Virus record (IMG/VR): IMGVR_UViG_3300032241_002220
Coordinates: 25,376-89,375 of that record
DNA from: a virus
Taxonomy: Duplodnaviria; Heunggongvirae; Uroviricota; Caudoviricetes
DNA length: 64,000 nucleotides
Strand: one strand, 5' to 3'
The translations under genes and the position numbers were made by a program. Numbering within the stretch: position 1 is the first letter of the stretch; each line of letters starts with the position of its first letter. Under the pieces are notes generated by a model. It ran no database searches, was not told the DNA's origin, and saw nothing but the letters and a program-made list of their open reading frames with translations. Shown piece by piece: positions 11,005 to 20,780 of this stretch.

Positions 11005-11087
11005 AATGTAATCTCTCGCAAAAAAACGAAAAAGAACGTGGCTACCGTAAGGTAGCTTCGTATATTTACGTATAATAAAATTAAAAC
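11005..11087 (+). promoter_or_regulatory. compound promoter (two CTCTCGC boxes + GCTACC-GTAA-GGTAGC hairpin + -7 TATATTTACG)
   Basis: AATGTAATCTCTCGC box. GTAA-tetraloop hairpin immediately 5' of the -7 element. ATG 11088. Confidence 0.55.
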
Positions 11088-11372
11088 ATGACATTAGCAC
11101 AACAATTAAAAGTTACAGAATTTCCATTTATTGTTAAAGATTCAAAAGGTAACCAAATCTATTTTGAAACTTCAAATGGATATTGGTGCAAATATGAATA
11201 TGATTCAGAGGGCAATAATATATATGAGGAAAATTCAAATAAAGAATGGATGAAACGTGAATTTGATTCAAAACGTTTTGTGATATATTATGAAAATTCG
11301 TACGGATCTATTACAGATAAAAGATCAAAAAGTAATGTTTCTTCTACAAAAACAAAATTGGCTATTCAGTAA
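11088..11372 (+). CDS. hypothetical protein
   Basis: 94 aa ORF directly downstream of a conserved promoter. Confidence 0.55.
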   Translation: MTLAQQLKVTEFPFIVKDSKGNQIYFETSNGYWCKYEYDSEGNNIYEENSNKEWMKREFDSKRFVIYYENSYGSITDKRSKSNVSSTKTKLAIQ

Positions 11373-11408
11373 ATGGTTCGTATATTTACGTAAATAAAAA
11401 TAAAGGTT
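11355..11408 (+). promoter_or_regulatory. Bacteroidetes-type promoter (-33 TTGG, -7 TATATTTACGTAAATAAAAATAAA)
   Basis: Conserved motif TTCGTATATTTACGTAAATAAAAATAAA. ATG 11409. Confidence 0.6.
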
Positions 11409-11864
11409 ATGCCACTTATACAATTTTCAAACAAAAATAAATACGGTACATTACGAACTCGTATTTTATATACCGAATCAATGCCCTTTAGTATTAATCC
11501 TAAAGGATTTGGTGACACTATAATAGTTAAGGTATTTAAATACAAACATGAACATCATTTACCTCCTACCTTATTTATAGATACAAAAGGAAAAAAATAC
11601 ATTTTACCTACTTGGGTTGAAGTAGTACCGGAAACCACTTTATCTGATATAGAATGGACTCAACCTAAATTAAAAGGTGAGGTTAAACAAGTTAAAGTAG
11701 AATCTAATACTTACCGATTTGAATCTAAAAGTGAACCGGGTTCATTTTATACTGTTACTCAAAAAGGTGATAAATTAAAATGTGATTGCCCTGGAACGTG
11801 GAGAGCAAAAAATAGGGAATGTAAACATATTTTAGAAGTAAAATCAAAATTAAACATAAAATGA
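11409..11864 (+). CDS. hypothetical protein with SWIM-type zinc finger
   Basis: 151 aa. KCDCPGTWRAKNRECKH shows the CxCxnCxH pattern. Preceded by a conserved promoter. Confidence 0.5.
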   Translation: MPLIQFSNKNKYGTLRTRILYTESMPFSINPKGFGDTIIVKVFKYKHEHHLPPTLFIDTKGKKYILPTWVEVVPETTLSDIEWTQPKLKGEVKQVKVESNTYRFESKSEPGSFYTVTQKGDKLKCDCPGTWRAKNRECKHILEVKSKLNIK

Positions 11865-12592
11865 AAACAATAATATTAGGAGATACCCATGGTCGTAACT
11901 ATTGGAAAAAAATAATTGAACACGAAAATCCAAATAGAGTAATCTTTATAGGAGACTATTTTGATTCATTCGATATTCCCGGAGTAGACCAAATTCATAA
12001 TTTTAAAGAAATTATTGAATATAAACAAAATACAAAAACAGAAGTAATAATGTTAATTGGTAACCACGATTATCATTATTTCCCAGAAATTGGGGATTGT
12101 GGAACTAGTGGTTATCAAAGAGGTATTGCTCCAAATATTATTCAAGTAATAGATGAAAACAGACATCATCTTCAAATGGCTTACAATTTTGGTGATTTTG
12201 TATTTACTCATGCTGGTGTTAGTGAACAGTTCATGGATCAAACGTTTGGTAAAACAAATTGGAATGTAGAATCAATGGTGGTTGATTTAAACGAAATGTT
12301 TAAATATAAACCCTTAGCATTCATGTTTAATGGATTTAACGCGTATGGAGATGATCTATGGCAAACACCCATTTGGATTAGACCAAAATCATTAATAGAA
12401 GTAAACCGTGATTATTTAAGAAAAGAAATAATCCAAGTTGTTGGACACACCTCAATGAAACAAATAGATATTGAAGGTAAAGCAACAGGTGGTAGATATT
12501 ATTTTATAGATTGTTTGGATACCTCAGGAGAATATCTTATCATTACGGACGGAGAAGTAACTGTTAACTCGTATAAAAATTATGGAAAGTAA
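11861..12592 (+). CDS. calcineurin-like metallophosphoesterase
   Basis: 243 aa. GDTHG...GDYFD...GNHD motifs. Confidence 0.75.
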   Translation: MKTIILGDTHGRNYWKKIIEHENPNRVIFIGDYFDSFDIPGVDQIHNFKEIIEYKQNTKTEVIMLIGNHDYHYFPEIGDCGTSGYQRGIAPNIIQVIDENRHHLQMAYNFGDFVFTHAGVSEQFMDQTFGKTNWNVESMVVDLNEMFKYKPLAFMFNGFNAYGDDLWQTPIWIRPKSLIEVNRDYLRKEIIQVVGHTSMKQIDIEGKATGGRYYFIDCLDTSGEYLIITDGEVTVNSYKNYGK

Positions 12593-12800
12593 AGATTATA
12601 TTTTACGTAGAGATTTTTTAATCAAACAAATGAGAAAACAAAATTTCTATTTGGAAATGGGTCTTTATAACGAAGGTTCTAAGGGTAATAAGCGAGGTCG
12701 AAAACCTGCTCCTTCTAAAAGAATTGAACGTGAAGTTAACACTAAATTATATTCACCAAAAAAATTAACAAACCAGGAAATAGATGAATTTTGGGACTAA
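12582..12800 (+). CDS. hypothetical basic protein
   Basis: 72 aa ORF. Confidence 0.4.
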   Translation: MESKDYILRRDFLIKQMRKQNFYLEMGLYNEGSKGNKRGRKPAPSKRIEREVNTKLYSPKKLTNQEIDEFWD

Positions 12801-14430
12801 TAAATTAAACATTTTAGGTATTATAGGTGGTACCCACTCTTGTGGTGTTGCCTATGTACAACAGGGAGAAGTGATAGCTGTACTTGAAGAAGAACGCTTA
12901 TCAAGAGTTAAACCATGGAAAGATTTTGAATCAGATTTTTGGAGATATCCTCTTCAAGGTTTAATAACATTACATGACCGTTATAATGTTAATTTTGAAG
13001 ATATAGATTATTTTACTAGTTTTCTTGAATATGATGTTATAGCAAATATGTTGAAAGCAACAGTTAGTTATGATTTACCTAAAGAGAAATTTTTCAAAAC
13101 GGAACATCATGAAACACATTGTGCTTTAGCTTATTATCTATCTGGTTTTGAAGATGATACTCTAATTATAGCAATCGATGGTAGTGGAGAATATCACAGC
13201 GCTAAATATTATTTAGGCAGTAAAGGTGAAATGACTTATATTGATGGAATTGGTATTGATAGAAATTCACTAGGGATGTTTTATGCTGCTATAACGGAAC
13301 TATTAGGATTTAAGCGTTTAAAAGATGAAGGTAAAGTAGTTGGAATGGCTGCTCATGGAGTTTATTGGGAAGGTATTTACAAAGCATTCCATAATGTTCT
13401 TCAAATAGAAGATATTCAAACTAATAAATCAACATTCCCCGGAAATGATACAGCAGGTGGAGATGTTTATTTAAATACTTATAAAAATTTCTTTGAAGTA
13501 GTAGGTAGTAAATGTTGGAAAAATCCTCAAGCACTTAAAGATATAGCATATACTGGTCAGTTGGTGTTTGAAGAAAAAATACTTGAATTAATTGATAATC
13601 TTCACAAACGTTATCCTAATGTTAAAAAATTAGCATTATCTGGAGGTATATTTGCCAATGTTAAATTAAATAAACGAATAAATGAATTAAATTGGGTTGA
13701 TGAAGTATTCATTACCCCACCAATGGGCGATGAAGGATTAATGTTAGGTTCGGCCTTACTTGTAATAAAACATTTTAATCCTGAATTTAAACCTGTTCGT
13801 TTATCTGATGTTTATTTTGGTAATGAATACACTGAAGATGAAGTAAATAAAGCAGCTAAATCAATTTTAGGTACTTATAATTATGTTCCTTTTAATTTTG
13901 ATTTTATTATCAGCTTATTATTAAATAAGAAAATATTAGGTTTATATCAAGGTAAAAGTGAACATGGTCCCAGAGCATTAGGTAATAGAACTATTATGTG
14001 TGAGGCGACACATCCTGAAACATATGATATAATCAATGGTAAATTGCAGCGTAACGATTTTATGCCTTTTGCTCCTGCTGTATTGGATGAAGATGCAGAT
14101 CGTTTATTTGAAATTGATAAATCAAAATATACAGCCGAGTTTATGACTATGTTGTACGATACTAAAGATGAATGGGCTGATAAATTACCTACAGTAACTC
14201 ATCCTAAAGATAAAACAGCACGTATCCAAATAGTAAAACAAAATAGTAATCCATTATTTTATCAGATACTTAAGGAATATAAACAAAAAACAGGTGTTGG
14301 ATGTTTAGTAAATACATCTTTCAATATTCATAATGAACCTATTGTGGATAAACCTGAAGAAGCATTTACCCATTTGAAAAATGGAGTTATTGATTATTTA
14401 GTAACACCGTTTGGTGTTTATAGTATATAA
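12784..14430 (+). CDS. NodU/CmcH-family carbamoyltransferase
   Basis: 548 aa. N-terminal ILGIIGGTHSCGVAYV (ASKHA/Kae1-like) and C-terminal GGIFANVKLN...PMGDEGLMLGSAL are typical of carbamoyltransferases. Confidence 0.6.
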   Translation: MNFGTNKLNILGIIGGTHSCGVAYVQQGEVIAVLEEERLSRVKPWKDFESDFWRYPLQGLITLHDRYNVNFEDIDYFTSFLEYDVIANMLKATVSYDLPKEKFFKTEHHETHCALAYYLSGFEDDTLIIAIDGSGEYHSAKYYLGSKGEMTYIDGIGIDRNSLGMFYAAITELLGFKRLKDEGKVVGMAAHGVYWEGIYKAFHNVLQIEDIQTNKSTFPGNDTAGGDVYLNTYKNFFEVVGSKCWKNPQALKDIAYTGQLVFEEKILELIDNLHKRYPNVKKLALSGGIFANVKLNKRINELNWVDEVFITPPMGDEGLMLGSALLVIKHFNPEFKPVRLSDVYFGNEYTEDEVNKAAKSILGTYNYVPFNFDFIISLLLNKKILGLYQGKSEHGPRALGNRTIMCEATHPETYDIINGKLQRNDFMPFAPAVLDEDADRLFEIDKSKYTAEFMTMLYDTKDEWADKLPTVTHPKDKTARIQIVKQNSNPLFYQILKEYKQKTGVGCLVNTSFNIHNEPIVDKPEEAFTHLKNGVIDYLVTPFGVYSI

Positions 14431-14442
14431 AAATAAAAGGTT

Positions 14443-15021
14443 ATGAATAATACAAAATTAAGTTTTTTTAAAAAAATATACTTGTGGTGGAAATTTGAAG
14501 CAAGATATTACCACAAAGATTTTGCACACGGAGTAAAAAACCTAATCCGTTGGTTTCCAGTTATTTGGAAAGACAGGGATTGGGACGATCACTACATTTG
14601 GGAGATATGGAAGAAAAAACTAAGCTTCCAAGCCGAACACATTTACAAACACGGACACCACGTCGATAACGTTTACGATGCTGAAAGGATGAGAATATGC
14701 GTTCGTTTGATGGACGATATACAACACGAATTCTACTCAAGCGAATTCATGGATTATCACGAATCGAAGATGCACTTTATGCCTTCTGAAAAATATCCGG
14801 AATACAGCACGGTAGAAACCACCGAGCTGTGGGAGAAGTTCGATGACTATTTTGCAAAGTATCCCCATGCGTATCGTGAGGTTACAAAAACAAACAGGTA
14901 CATATTCGATAACGATTCGAAACAAAAGATAGCTATGAATATGGGTTACTATCTACACAAGAAAGCAAACAGGATATTATTTAAACTTTTAGAACGCCAC
15001 CTTGAATCTTGGTGGGATTAA
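14443..15021 (+). CDS. hypothetical protein
   Basis: 192 aa ORF, Trp/His-rich. Confidence 0.5.
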   Translation: MNNTKLSFFKKIYLWWKFEARYYHKDFAHGVKNLIRWFPVIWKDRDWDDHYIWEIWKKKLSFQAEHIYKHGHHVDNVYDAERMRICVRLMDDIQHEFYSSEFMDYHESKMHFMPSEKYPEYSTVETTELWEKFDDYFAKYPHAYREVTKTNRYIFDNDSKQKIAMNMGYYLHKKANRILFKLLERHLESWWD

Positions 15022-15025
15022 TATT

Positions 15026-15313
15026 ATGAAAAACATTATTTATATATTATTAGCATTGTTGGTTTTCTCTAGTTGTAGAACACCTAAACATGGTTGTATT
15101 TGTGATGCAAATGAATGGGATCATTTCCTTCATCATCATTCAACTTACAAGGAAAAAATATTTTATAAACCAACTAAAGTTTATAAGTACCATAAACCTG
15201 TTCCTCCTCCTGAACCTAAAATAAAGCAACCTAAAGTTAAAAAGGTAAAAGTTAAACATCACCGTCATCTTAATATAATGACTAAAGTTAAAGTATCATA
15301 TTCTAAAGACTAA
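15026..15313 (+). CDS. putative lipoprotein
   Basis: Signal peptide MKNIIYILLALLVFSSC with lipobox Cys. Start trimmed from the track ORF (15002). Confidence 0.45.
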   Translation: MKNIIYILLALLVFSSCRTPKHGCICDANEWDHFLHHHSTYKEKIFYKPTKVYKYHKPVPPPEPKIKQPKVKKVKVKHHRHLNIMTKVKVSYSKD

Positions 15314-15315
15314 TA

Positions 15316-15588
15316 ATGAATAAAATAGAACTGGTGGATAAATATAGAGACAAGAGGGGTATTAATTATATTGACGGGAAATTATGTTGTTTTATAAGTG
15401 CTGAAAGATATAATAAAGGGGGATATAGTTCTTTTCTTGATATATTTTGCAGTCATACATTTGATATTATCTTCATAGAGAGAGATGTGTATGGGAAGGT
15501 TAGGGAAGATGAACAACTTTGGCAACTGATAATGACTACGTTAGTTACTAAAGGTAAAGATATAAAAGATTGTATATTAGTTTTTTAA
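15316..15588 (+). CDS. hypothetical protein
   Basis: 90 aa ORF. Confidence 0.4.
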   Translation: MNKIELVDKYRDKRGINYIDGKLCCFISAERYNKGGYSSFLDIFCSHTFDIIFIERDVYGKVREDEQLWQLIMTTLVTKGKDIKDCILVF

Positions 15589-15598
15589 AATAAAAAAT

Positions 15599-16918
15599 AT
15601 GAATAAATTAGATAAACAATACCAAGCATTACTCCAAGACATCTTAGATAACGGAGTTAAAAAAACTGACCGCACAGGAACTGGTACTATATCAGTTTTT
15701 GGAAGACAAATACGTCACAAAATGAGTGATGGGTTTCCTTTACTTACAACAAAGAAAATGTACTTTAAAGGAATTGTAACTGAACTATTGTGGTTCTTGC
15801 AAGGTGATACAAATATTAGGTACCTTATAGATAATGGTAATACTATATGGGTAGGAGATGCTTATAAAAATTATTGTAAATTTGAACATTATAATCCTGG
15901 AACGATTATAAAATCTGATGAAAATGAGTTTGAAAGAGAAGTTATAAAGGTTGATTTAACTCAAGACGAATTTATCAACAAAATCAAAACCGATGATGAA
16001 TTTGCTAAAAAATGGGGTGAATTAGGTCCTATATATGGTGCACAATGGAGAAATTGGACTAAATTTAAAGAATATAAAGATGCTTTTGAAGTAGATATTT
16101 TAGAAGAAAATGAAGATTCAATTTCATTTTCAATGGGTACTAGTGGAATGGTTTATAAAATAGACCAAATCCAAAATCTTATTAATGACCTTAAAACAAA
16201 TCCAGATTCAAGAAGATTAATGGTTAATGCTTGGAATGTAGGTGAGTTAGACCAAATGGTTCTTCCACCATGTCATTATGGCTTTCAAGTTTATACAAGA
16301 GAGTTGAGTTTCGAAGAAAGGTGTGATTATGCCATAAAAGCAGGATGGATGTCTCCTTTGGGTGCGTTTGATTTTCCAGAAACACATTACGCATTGGATG
16401 CCTCAAAAACCCCTAAACGAGCAATCTCCCTCATGTGGAATCAACGTTCAGTAGATACATTCTTAGGTTTACCGTTCAACATCGCTTCGTACGGTTTGTT
16501 ACTTGAGATCATTGCTAAAATGGTTAACATGGTACCAGATGAACTCATAGGCAATCTCGGAGACACACACCTATATCTTAACCACATCGAACAGGCAAAG
16601 GAGCAAATCGGTAGAAAGATTTCAATAGATGAAAGAATATCTTTACTAATAAAAGCAATGGGTTATGAATCATATAAAGATGCTGTTTCAAATTTAATAC
16701 CATTTGGTGGTGGTATGAGCGAGTATTTCGAATCGTTTAAAATACCGTATTATACAAGAGAACCATATTCATTACCAAAATTGGTTCATGGTAAAACAGA
16801 TGCCTTTTATAAAACTTTATCTGAAGATTTATCTCTGTTTGGGCATTTAGATCCTGAAAATTTCACTGTGGAGAATTACCAGTCCCATCCAGCAATTAAA
16901 GCACCACTAAGTAATTAA
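15599..16918 (+). CDS. thyA: thymidylate synthase family protein with large insertions
   Basis: 439 aa. DRTGTGT, FPLLTTKK, ELLWFLQGDTN, PPCHYGFQ, LGLPFNIASYGLL and C-terminal HPAIKAPL are all present, but about 50, 30 and 45 aa insertions relative to canonical ThyA. Confidence 0.85.
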   Translation: MNKLDKQYQALLQDILDNGVKKTDRTGTGTISVFGRQIRHKMSDGFPLLTTKKMYFKGIVTELLWFLQGDTNIRYLIDNGNTIWVGDAYKNYCKFEHYNPGTIIKSDENEFEREVIKVDLTQDEFINKIKTDDEFAKKWGELGPIYGAQWRNWTKFKEYKDAFEVDILEENEDSISFSMGTSGMVYKIDQIQNLINDLKTNPDSRRLMVNAWNVGELDQMVLPPCHYGFQVYTRELSFEERCDYAIKAGWMSPLGAFDFPETHYALDASKTPKRAISLMWNQRSVDTFLGLPFNIASYGLLLEIIAKMVNMVPDELIGNLGDTHLYLNHIEQAKEQIGRKISIDERISLLIKAMGYESYKDAVSNLIPFGGGMSEYFESFKIPYYTREPYSLPKLVHGKTDAFYKTLSEDLSLFGHLDPENFTVENYQSHPAIKAPLSN

Positions 16919-16972
16919 AATAAATTTGGAGGAGCAAATAAATATTTATATCATAACCAAAAACATTAAATT

Positions 16973-17482
16973 ATGAAGAAATTAGTAATTTTACTGGGAG
17001 TTTTAGGTATTTGTTACCTGTTTGTAAACGGCAATACTATTGTATCAAGTTTGCGCGAACAGGCACCAAACAACGAAAATATTTACCTAGCATTAAAGAC
17101 ACTCAACGTTAAATATGCCGACGTTGTTTATGCCCAAATAATGCTAGAAAGCGCCAACTTACATAGTAAGTTATTCAAAACAAATAATAATCTAATGGGT
17201 ATGAAACATCCTAAAAGAAGAGAAACTACTTCATTGGGAAGCCGTAAAGGTTATGCTAGGTATGAAGATTGGTATTCATGTGTACAAGATTATTTATTAT
17301 ATCAAAATGATATATTAGAGGATAAACATATGTCTAAAAAACAATACATTGCTTATTTAGGTAAAAAATATGCTACTGATAAACATTATATTGCTAAGCT
17401 TAAAAATAAAATGAAAGAAAATAAAATTCTAGTAACAAAAATAGATTCAGTTTACTCAAATAATTACTTATGCCAAAATTAA
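16973..17482 (+). CDS. secreted glucosaminidase-domain peptidoglycan hydrolase (endolysin candidate)
   Basis: 169 aa. N-terminal signal peptide. AQIMLESANLHSKLFKTNNNLMGMK resembles the FlgJ/glucosaminidase motif (LESg...NNlFGiK). Confidence 0.55.
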   Translation: MKKLVILLGVLGICYLFVNGNTIVSSLREQAPNNENIYLALKTLNVKYADVVYAQIMLESANLHSKLFKTNNNLMGMKHPKRRETTSLGSRKGYARYEDWYSCVQDYLLYQNDILEDKHMSKKQYIAYLGKKYATDKHYIAKLKNKMKENKILVTKIDSVYSNNYLCQN

Positions 17483-17673
17483 AAATAGACATTTACTGCC
17501 ATACCTTATGGAGTAGTGAGTTTAAACAGGTTTATTTACCTAGTTTATGTTTTGTTTTAAACACAATGGATCCTGATGATTGGTTTTTTATAATTGGAGT
17601 TAATTTATTATGTTGGGATTTAGGTTTTGTAATAGGTAAAAGAAAAAACAAATGCGAGGAAGACCACCAGTAA
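17470..17673 (+). CDS. hypothetical small protein
   Basis: 67 aa ORF. Confidence 0.3.
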   Translation: MPKLKIDIYCHTLWSSEFKQVYLPSLCFVLNTMDPDDWFFIIGVNLLCWDLGFVIGKRKNKCEEDHQ

Positions 17674-17915
17674 CCGAAGATAATATTCGTCCAAATAAAT
17701 TTGAGATGCGTTATGAAAATAACGATTCAACAGAGGTATGGAAGTATGATTTGAATAAAAATCCTACTGGTCCTATTGAGGTGATAATCGAATATAAAAA
17801 AGATGTTGTTAAGAATTGGGGAAATAAACTAAAAGAAGCCAAAGCACAGAAAAAAGTGGCTAAGCAAATGAAACAAATTCAATCTAAATCAAAGAAAAAT
17901 GTCCGCAACAAGTAA
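17652..17915 (+). CDS. hypothetical small basic protein
   Basis: 87 aa ORF. Confidence 0.35.
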   Translation: MRGRPPVTEDNIRPNKFEMRYENNDSTEVWKYDLNKNPTGPIEVIIEYKKDVVKNWGNKLKEAKAQKKVAKQMKQIQSKSKKNVRNK

Positions 17916-18108
17916 ACATTATGGTGATGTAGGTATATGGATTGAAAAGATTATTGAATCTTGTAAAACTATAGAACAAGCAAATAATTGTTATACATTA
18001 GTCCATTCATTTTATAAAAAATATCACCAACATAGTGTATATAATCATTTGTATTTTTTAATGGAAAATAAATATAACGATTTATTACATCAAAAATACA
18101 AATTATAA
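17899..18108 (+). CDS. hypothetical small protein
   Basis: 69 aa ORF. Confidence 0.35.
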   Translation: MSATSKHYGDVGIWIEKIIESCKTIEQANNCYTLVHSFYKKYHQHSVYNHLYFLMENKYNDLLHQKYKL

Positions 18109-18128
18109 ATAGTTAACATTTATCGCGC

Positions 18129-18225
18129 GATAAATACAATCTCTCGCGGGTCTTTCGCAAATCTTCATAAAAAATGTGGAGAAGCGAAAGGCCCGTCGTA
18201 TATTTACGTAAATAAAAATAAAAAC
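18129..18225 (+). promoter_or_regulatory. compound promoter: conserved box ATAAATACAATCTCTCGCGG + 11-bp hairpin enclosing the -33 element + -7 TCGTATATTTACGTAAATAAAA
   Basis: GGGTCTTTCGC...GCGAAAGGCCC inverted repeat flanks AAAATGTGGAG. Core motif 20 nt before ATG 18226. Preceded by the 12-bp palindrome TATCGCGCGATA. Confidence 0.6.
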
Positions 18226-18459
18226 ATGACATTTAATTTCACATTTAAGACAGATGAAGAATATGAAGTAAAAAGAGACTCTACTACTTTTTTTGATTAT
18301 AATATAGTAAGAATGATAGTGCAACTAGAAGATGGTAGTACATTAGATTTCCCTTGCCATTCTCAAGAAGATTATGAAAATTGTTCCAAAAGATGGGAAG
18401 GTAGAATCATTGATGTATATGAAGCTGAACACTACTATGAAATGATGTTCGAATATTAA
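18226..18459 (+). CDS. hypothetical protein
   Basis: 77 aa ORF with a conserved promoter 20 nt upstream. Confidence 0.5.
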   Translation: MTFNFTFKTDEEYEVKRDSTTFFDYNIVRMIVQLEDGSTLDFPCHSQEDYENCSKRWEGRIIDVYEAEHYYEMMFEY

Positions 18460-18461
18460 AA

Positions 18462-18517
18462 ATAAGTTTGGTTACCTAAAAAACAGTTCGTATATTTACG
18501 TAAATAAAAATAAAAAC
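18462..18517 (+). promoter_or_regulatory. Bacteroidetes-type promoter (TTTGGTTACCTAAAAAAC-N-TTCGTATATTTACGTAAATAAAAATAAAAAC)
   Basis: -33 TTTGG, 19-nt spacer, -7 TATATTTAcg. ATG 18518. Confidence 0.65.
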
Positions 18518-18832
18518 ATGGCAAAATTATCAAACCAAAGTACAAACGGAACATCATTCCATAGCGACACAGTTACATGCTCTTTAAATGATTTGATAGC
18601 AATAATAGGTAAACCTGTACGTTGTTTCGATGATAAAGTAAATTTTGAATGGACATGCGAAACAGATAAAGGAGATGTATTTACAATTTATGATTGGAAA
18701 GAATATCGTAGTATTCCAGAAAATCAAAACATAGAATGGCATATCGGAGGACACAATTGGGGTGTTACATACCAAGCCAAAATTGAATTAAACGATATGC
18801 TTTATCTAGCTACTAAAGAAGGTAAAATCTAG
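18518..18832 (+). CDS. hypothetical protein
   Basis: 104 aa ORF with a conserved promoter upstream. Confidence 0.5.
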   Translation: MAKLSNQSTNGTSFHSDTVTCSLNDLIAIIGKPVRCFDDKVNFEWTCETDKGDVFTIYDWKEYRSIPENQNIEWHIGGHNWGVTYQAKIELNDMLYLATKEGKI

Positions 18833-19184
18833 ATAATGGATATAAAAGTAGGAGATAAAATCATATTCAAAAATTCTAAAAAAGATGAAGAATATGAAGT
18901 AGCAAAAATAGAAGGTGGATTGATTTGGTATAAAATTAAATACGGAATAGGTCAAACAATAGAATCAAGTATTGAAAAAGTTATTAAACCGAAAAAAAAG
19001 TTTATAAAATGAAAAAGTATAAAGTAGCTTTACTAAATTCATTAGGTGAAACGGTGTTAGAACATTATTTACTAGCAGCAAATGATGAATCAGCAAGAGT
19101 CAAATGTGAAATACTAGTAAAAGAAGCTAAAGATAATTCAGTTGTTGGATATAAATTGTTAAACTAAAAATAAAATTTTATAAA

Positions 19185-19529
19185 ATGGGATTAGATACAT
19201 CACACAATGCATGGCATGGACCTTATAGTTCATTTAATTCGTGGAGAACATTAATTTGTGAAAAAGCCGGATTAGGTTACCTTAGAAACTATATTGGTTT
19301 TGAAGGTGAAAAACAATGGGATGAAAATCATCCATTAGTACCACTATTAAACCATTCAGATTGTGACGGTGAAATTAAATGGGAAGATTGTAAAGGTATA
19401 GCCGTTGCTTTAACTGAAATACTACCTAAATTAGAACCAGAAGATTTGTATAATATTGGTAAAACAGAGGATTTTATTAATGGTTGTATAGATGCTTATA
19501 AGGCACAAGAAAACATTGACTTTCACTAA
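19185..19529 (+). CDS. hypothetical protein
   Basis: 114 aa ORF. Confidence 0.45.
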   Translation: MGLDTSHNAWHGPYSSFNSWRTLICEKAGLGYLRNYIGFEGEKQWDENHPLVPLLNHSDCDGEIKWEDCKGIAVALTEILPKLEPEDLYNIGKTEDFINGCIDAYKAQENIDFH

Positions 19530-19764
19530 AAACAAATATATGCTAAATTTTATTAAACGAAACAAGAAAAGTAACCCAATGCCACCAATGACATTTACAA
19601 CAGTTCATCCGGATACTACTCTAAATTTAGATGAATGGAAACAACATTTGAATGTTAGTGGTAAATTTACATATTTGGAAGATTCAGAATGGCTCCAAAA
19701 AGTAAGAAAAAGAGAAAATCTTTTTGCAAAAACTTGGAAACCCGAAGATGAGTTAGTATGTTGA
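19492..19764 (+). CDS. hypothetical protein
   Basis: 90 aa ORF; start uncertain. Confidence 0.35.
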   Translation: MLIRHKKTLTFTKNKYMLNFIKRNKKSNPMPPMTFTTVHPDTTLNLDEWKQHLNVSGKFTYLEDSEWLQKVRKRENLFAKTWKPEDELVC

Positions 19765-19803
19765 TAGGGTATTAAATAAGTAATCAAATAAAAAGTTATA
19801 GTT

Positions 19804-20037
19804 ATGAGTTATCAAACTAAGGTACGTGCGAATTACCTTAACCGCACAAGTAAATTGTCATTTTTTACAGCCCGCCAACGTCAAGGAGATGTTAATCGTA
19901 TTGCTGAAAACACTGGTTATTCAACCTCCCACATCAGCAATGTATTAGCTGGTCGTCGTTCAGTTCCAGCACCTATGGCTAATGAAATGTATAACATTAG
20001 CCGACGTAGAGAAAAAAATAGCGAAATTTTTGCTTAA
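19804..20037 (+). CDS. hypothetical protein, possible HTH DNA-binding
   Basis: 77 aa. Followed by a GC hairpin terminator. Confidence 0.4.
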   Translation: MSYQTKVRANYLNRTSKLSFFTARQRQGDVNRIAENTGYSTSHISNVLAGRRSVPAPMANEMYNISRRREKNSEIFA

Positions 20038-20052
20038 TTCTTTTCGAAAAAA

Positions 20053-20116
20053 TCGCTATTAGTATTTGGAGGAGCAAAAGCTCCTCCTTATTTTTACCTA
20101 AATAAAACATATAAAA
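20053..20116 (+). promoter_or_regulatory. terminator/promoter hybrid: TTTGG + GGAGGAGC-AAAA-GCTCCTCC hairpin + TTATTTTTACCTAAATAAAAC
   Basis: Perfect 8-bp GC hairpin followed by a T-run (terminator for the 19804 gene) overlapping a promoter-like motif for ATG 20117. Confidence 0.5.
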
Positions 20117-20302
20117 ATGTCAAACAATAACAGCACAAGTAACAGATTAGGATTAGGAACAATATTATTCCTCATATTCCTTATTTTAAAATTAACCAAT
20201 TTAATAACATGGAGTTGGTGGTGGGTATTTTCACCTATTTGGATACCTATTGTAGTATTAGGATTTATGGTATTATTATTACTAATAAAAAATCTACTAT
20301 AA
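20117..20302 (+). CDS. small membrane protein
   Basis: 61 aa with two hydrophobic helices (LGTILFLIFLIL...WIPIVVLGFMVLLLLI). Confidence 0.45.
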   Translation: MSNNNSTSNRLGLGTILFLIFLILKLTNLITWSWWWVFSPIWIPIVVLGFMVLLLLIKNLL

Positions 20303-20562
20303 TGAAGATATTGAGACCAGAGGTATTAAATTATATCTATACACAAACACCAGGTGGTTTGTTTCAGATATTTGATCAGATATATATGCAAGCCCTAAAC
20401 ATAACACCAGATGAATTAGATATTTTAGCCGAAAAAATGAATGATGATGAATTGGAAGATTGGTCACGGTTAACTCAAGAACATCTTCCATTCAGTAAAA
20501 GAAGACAAATAATCAAATTTAGAAACAAACACTTAAATTATTTCTATGAAAAAAGTATATGA
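20302..20562 (+). CDS. hypothetical protein
   Basis: MKILRPEVLNYIY... internal start of track ORF 20209..20562; chosen to avoid overlap. Confidence 0.35.
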   Translation: MKILRPEVLNYIYTQTPGGLFQIFDQIYMQALNITPDELDILAEKMNDDELEDWSRLTQEHLPFSKRRQIIKFRNKHLNYFYEKSI

Positions 20563-20731
20563 GTATTTAGCAGTGGCTTTGGCATTGTTTGGTATGTATA
20601 ATTTATTTACATTAACCGAAGGATGGATACATGGTAAACCAGTAGATGTAGCCAAAGTATGGATATGTGGCGGTTCTACTATTTTAGTATATATAATCAA
20701 TAAAATACTAGAAAAACAAAATAGAAAATAG
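20546..20731 (+). CDS. small membrane protein
   Basis: 61 aa, hydrophobic. Confidence 0.4.
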   Translation: MKKVYEYLAVALALFGMYNLFTLTEGWIHGKPVDVAKVWICGGSTILVYIINKILEKQNRK

Positions 20732-20744
20732 TTGGTTGTTTAAA

Positions 20745-20780
20745 ACAAGGGTTGTATATTTACAACACGGAAAAAATAAT
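20745..20780 (+). promoter_or_regulatory. promoter-like variant (GGTTGTATATTTACAACACGG)
   Basis: ATG 20781. Confidence 0.35.
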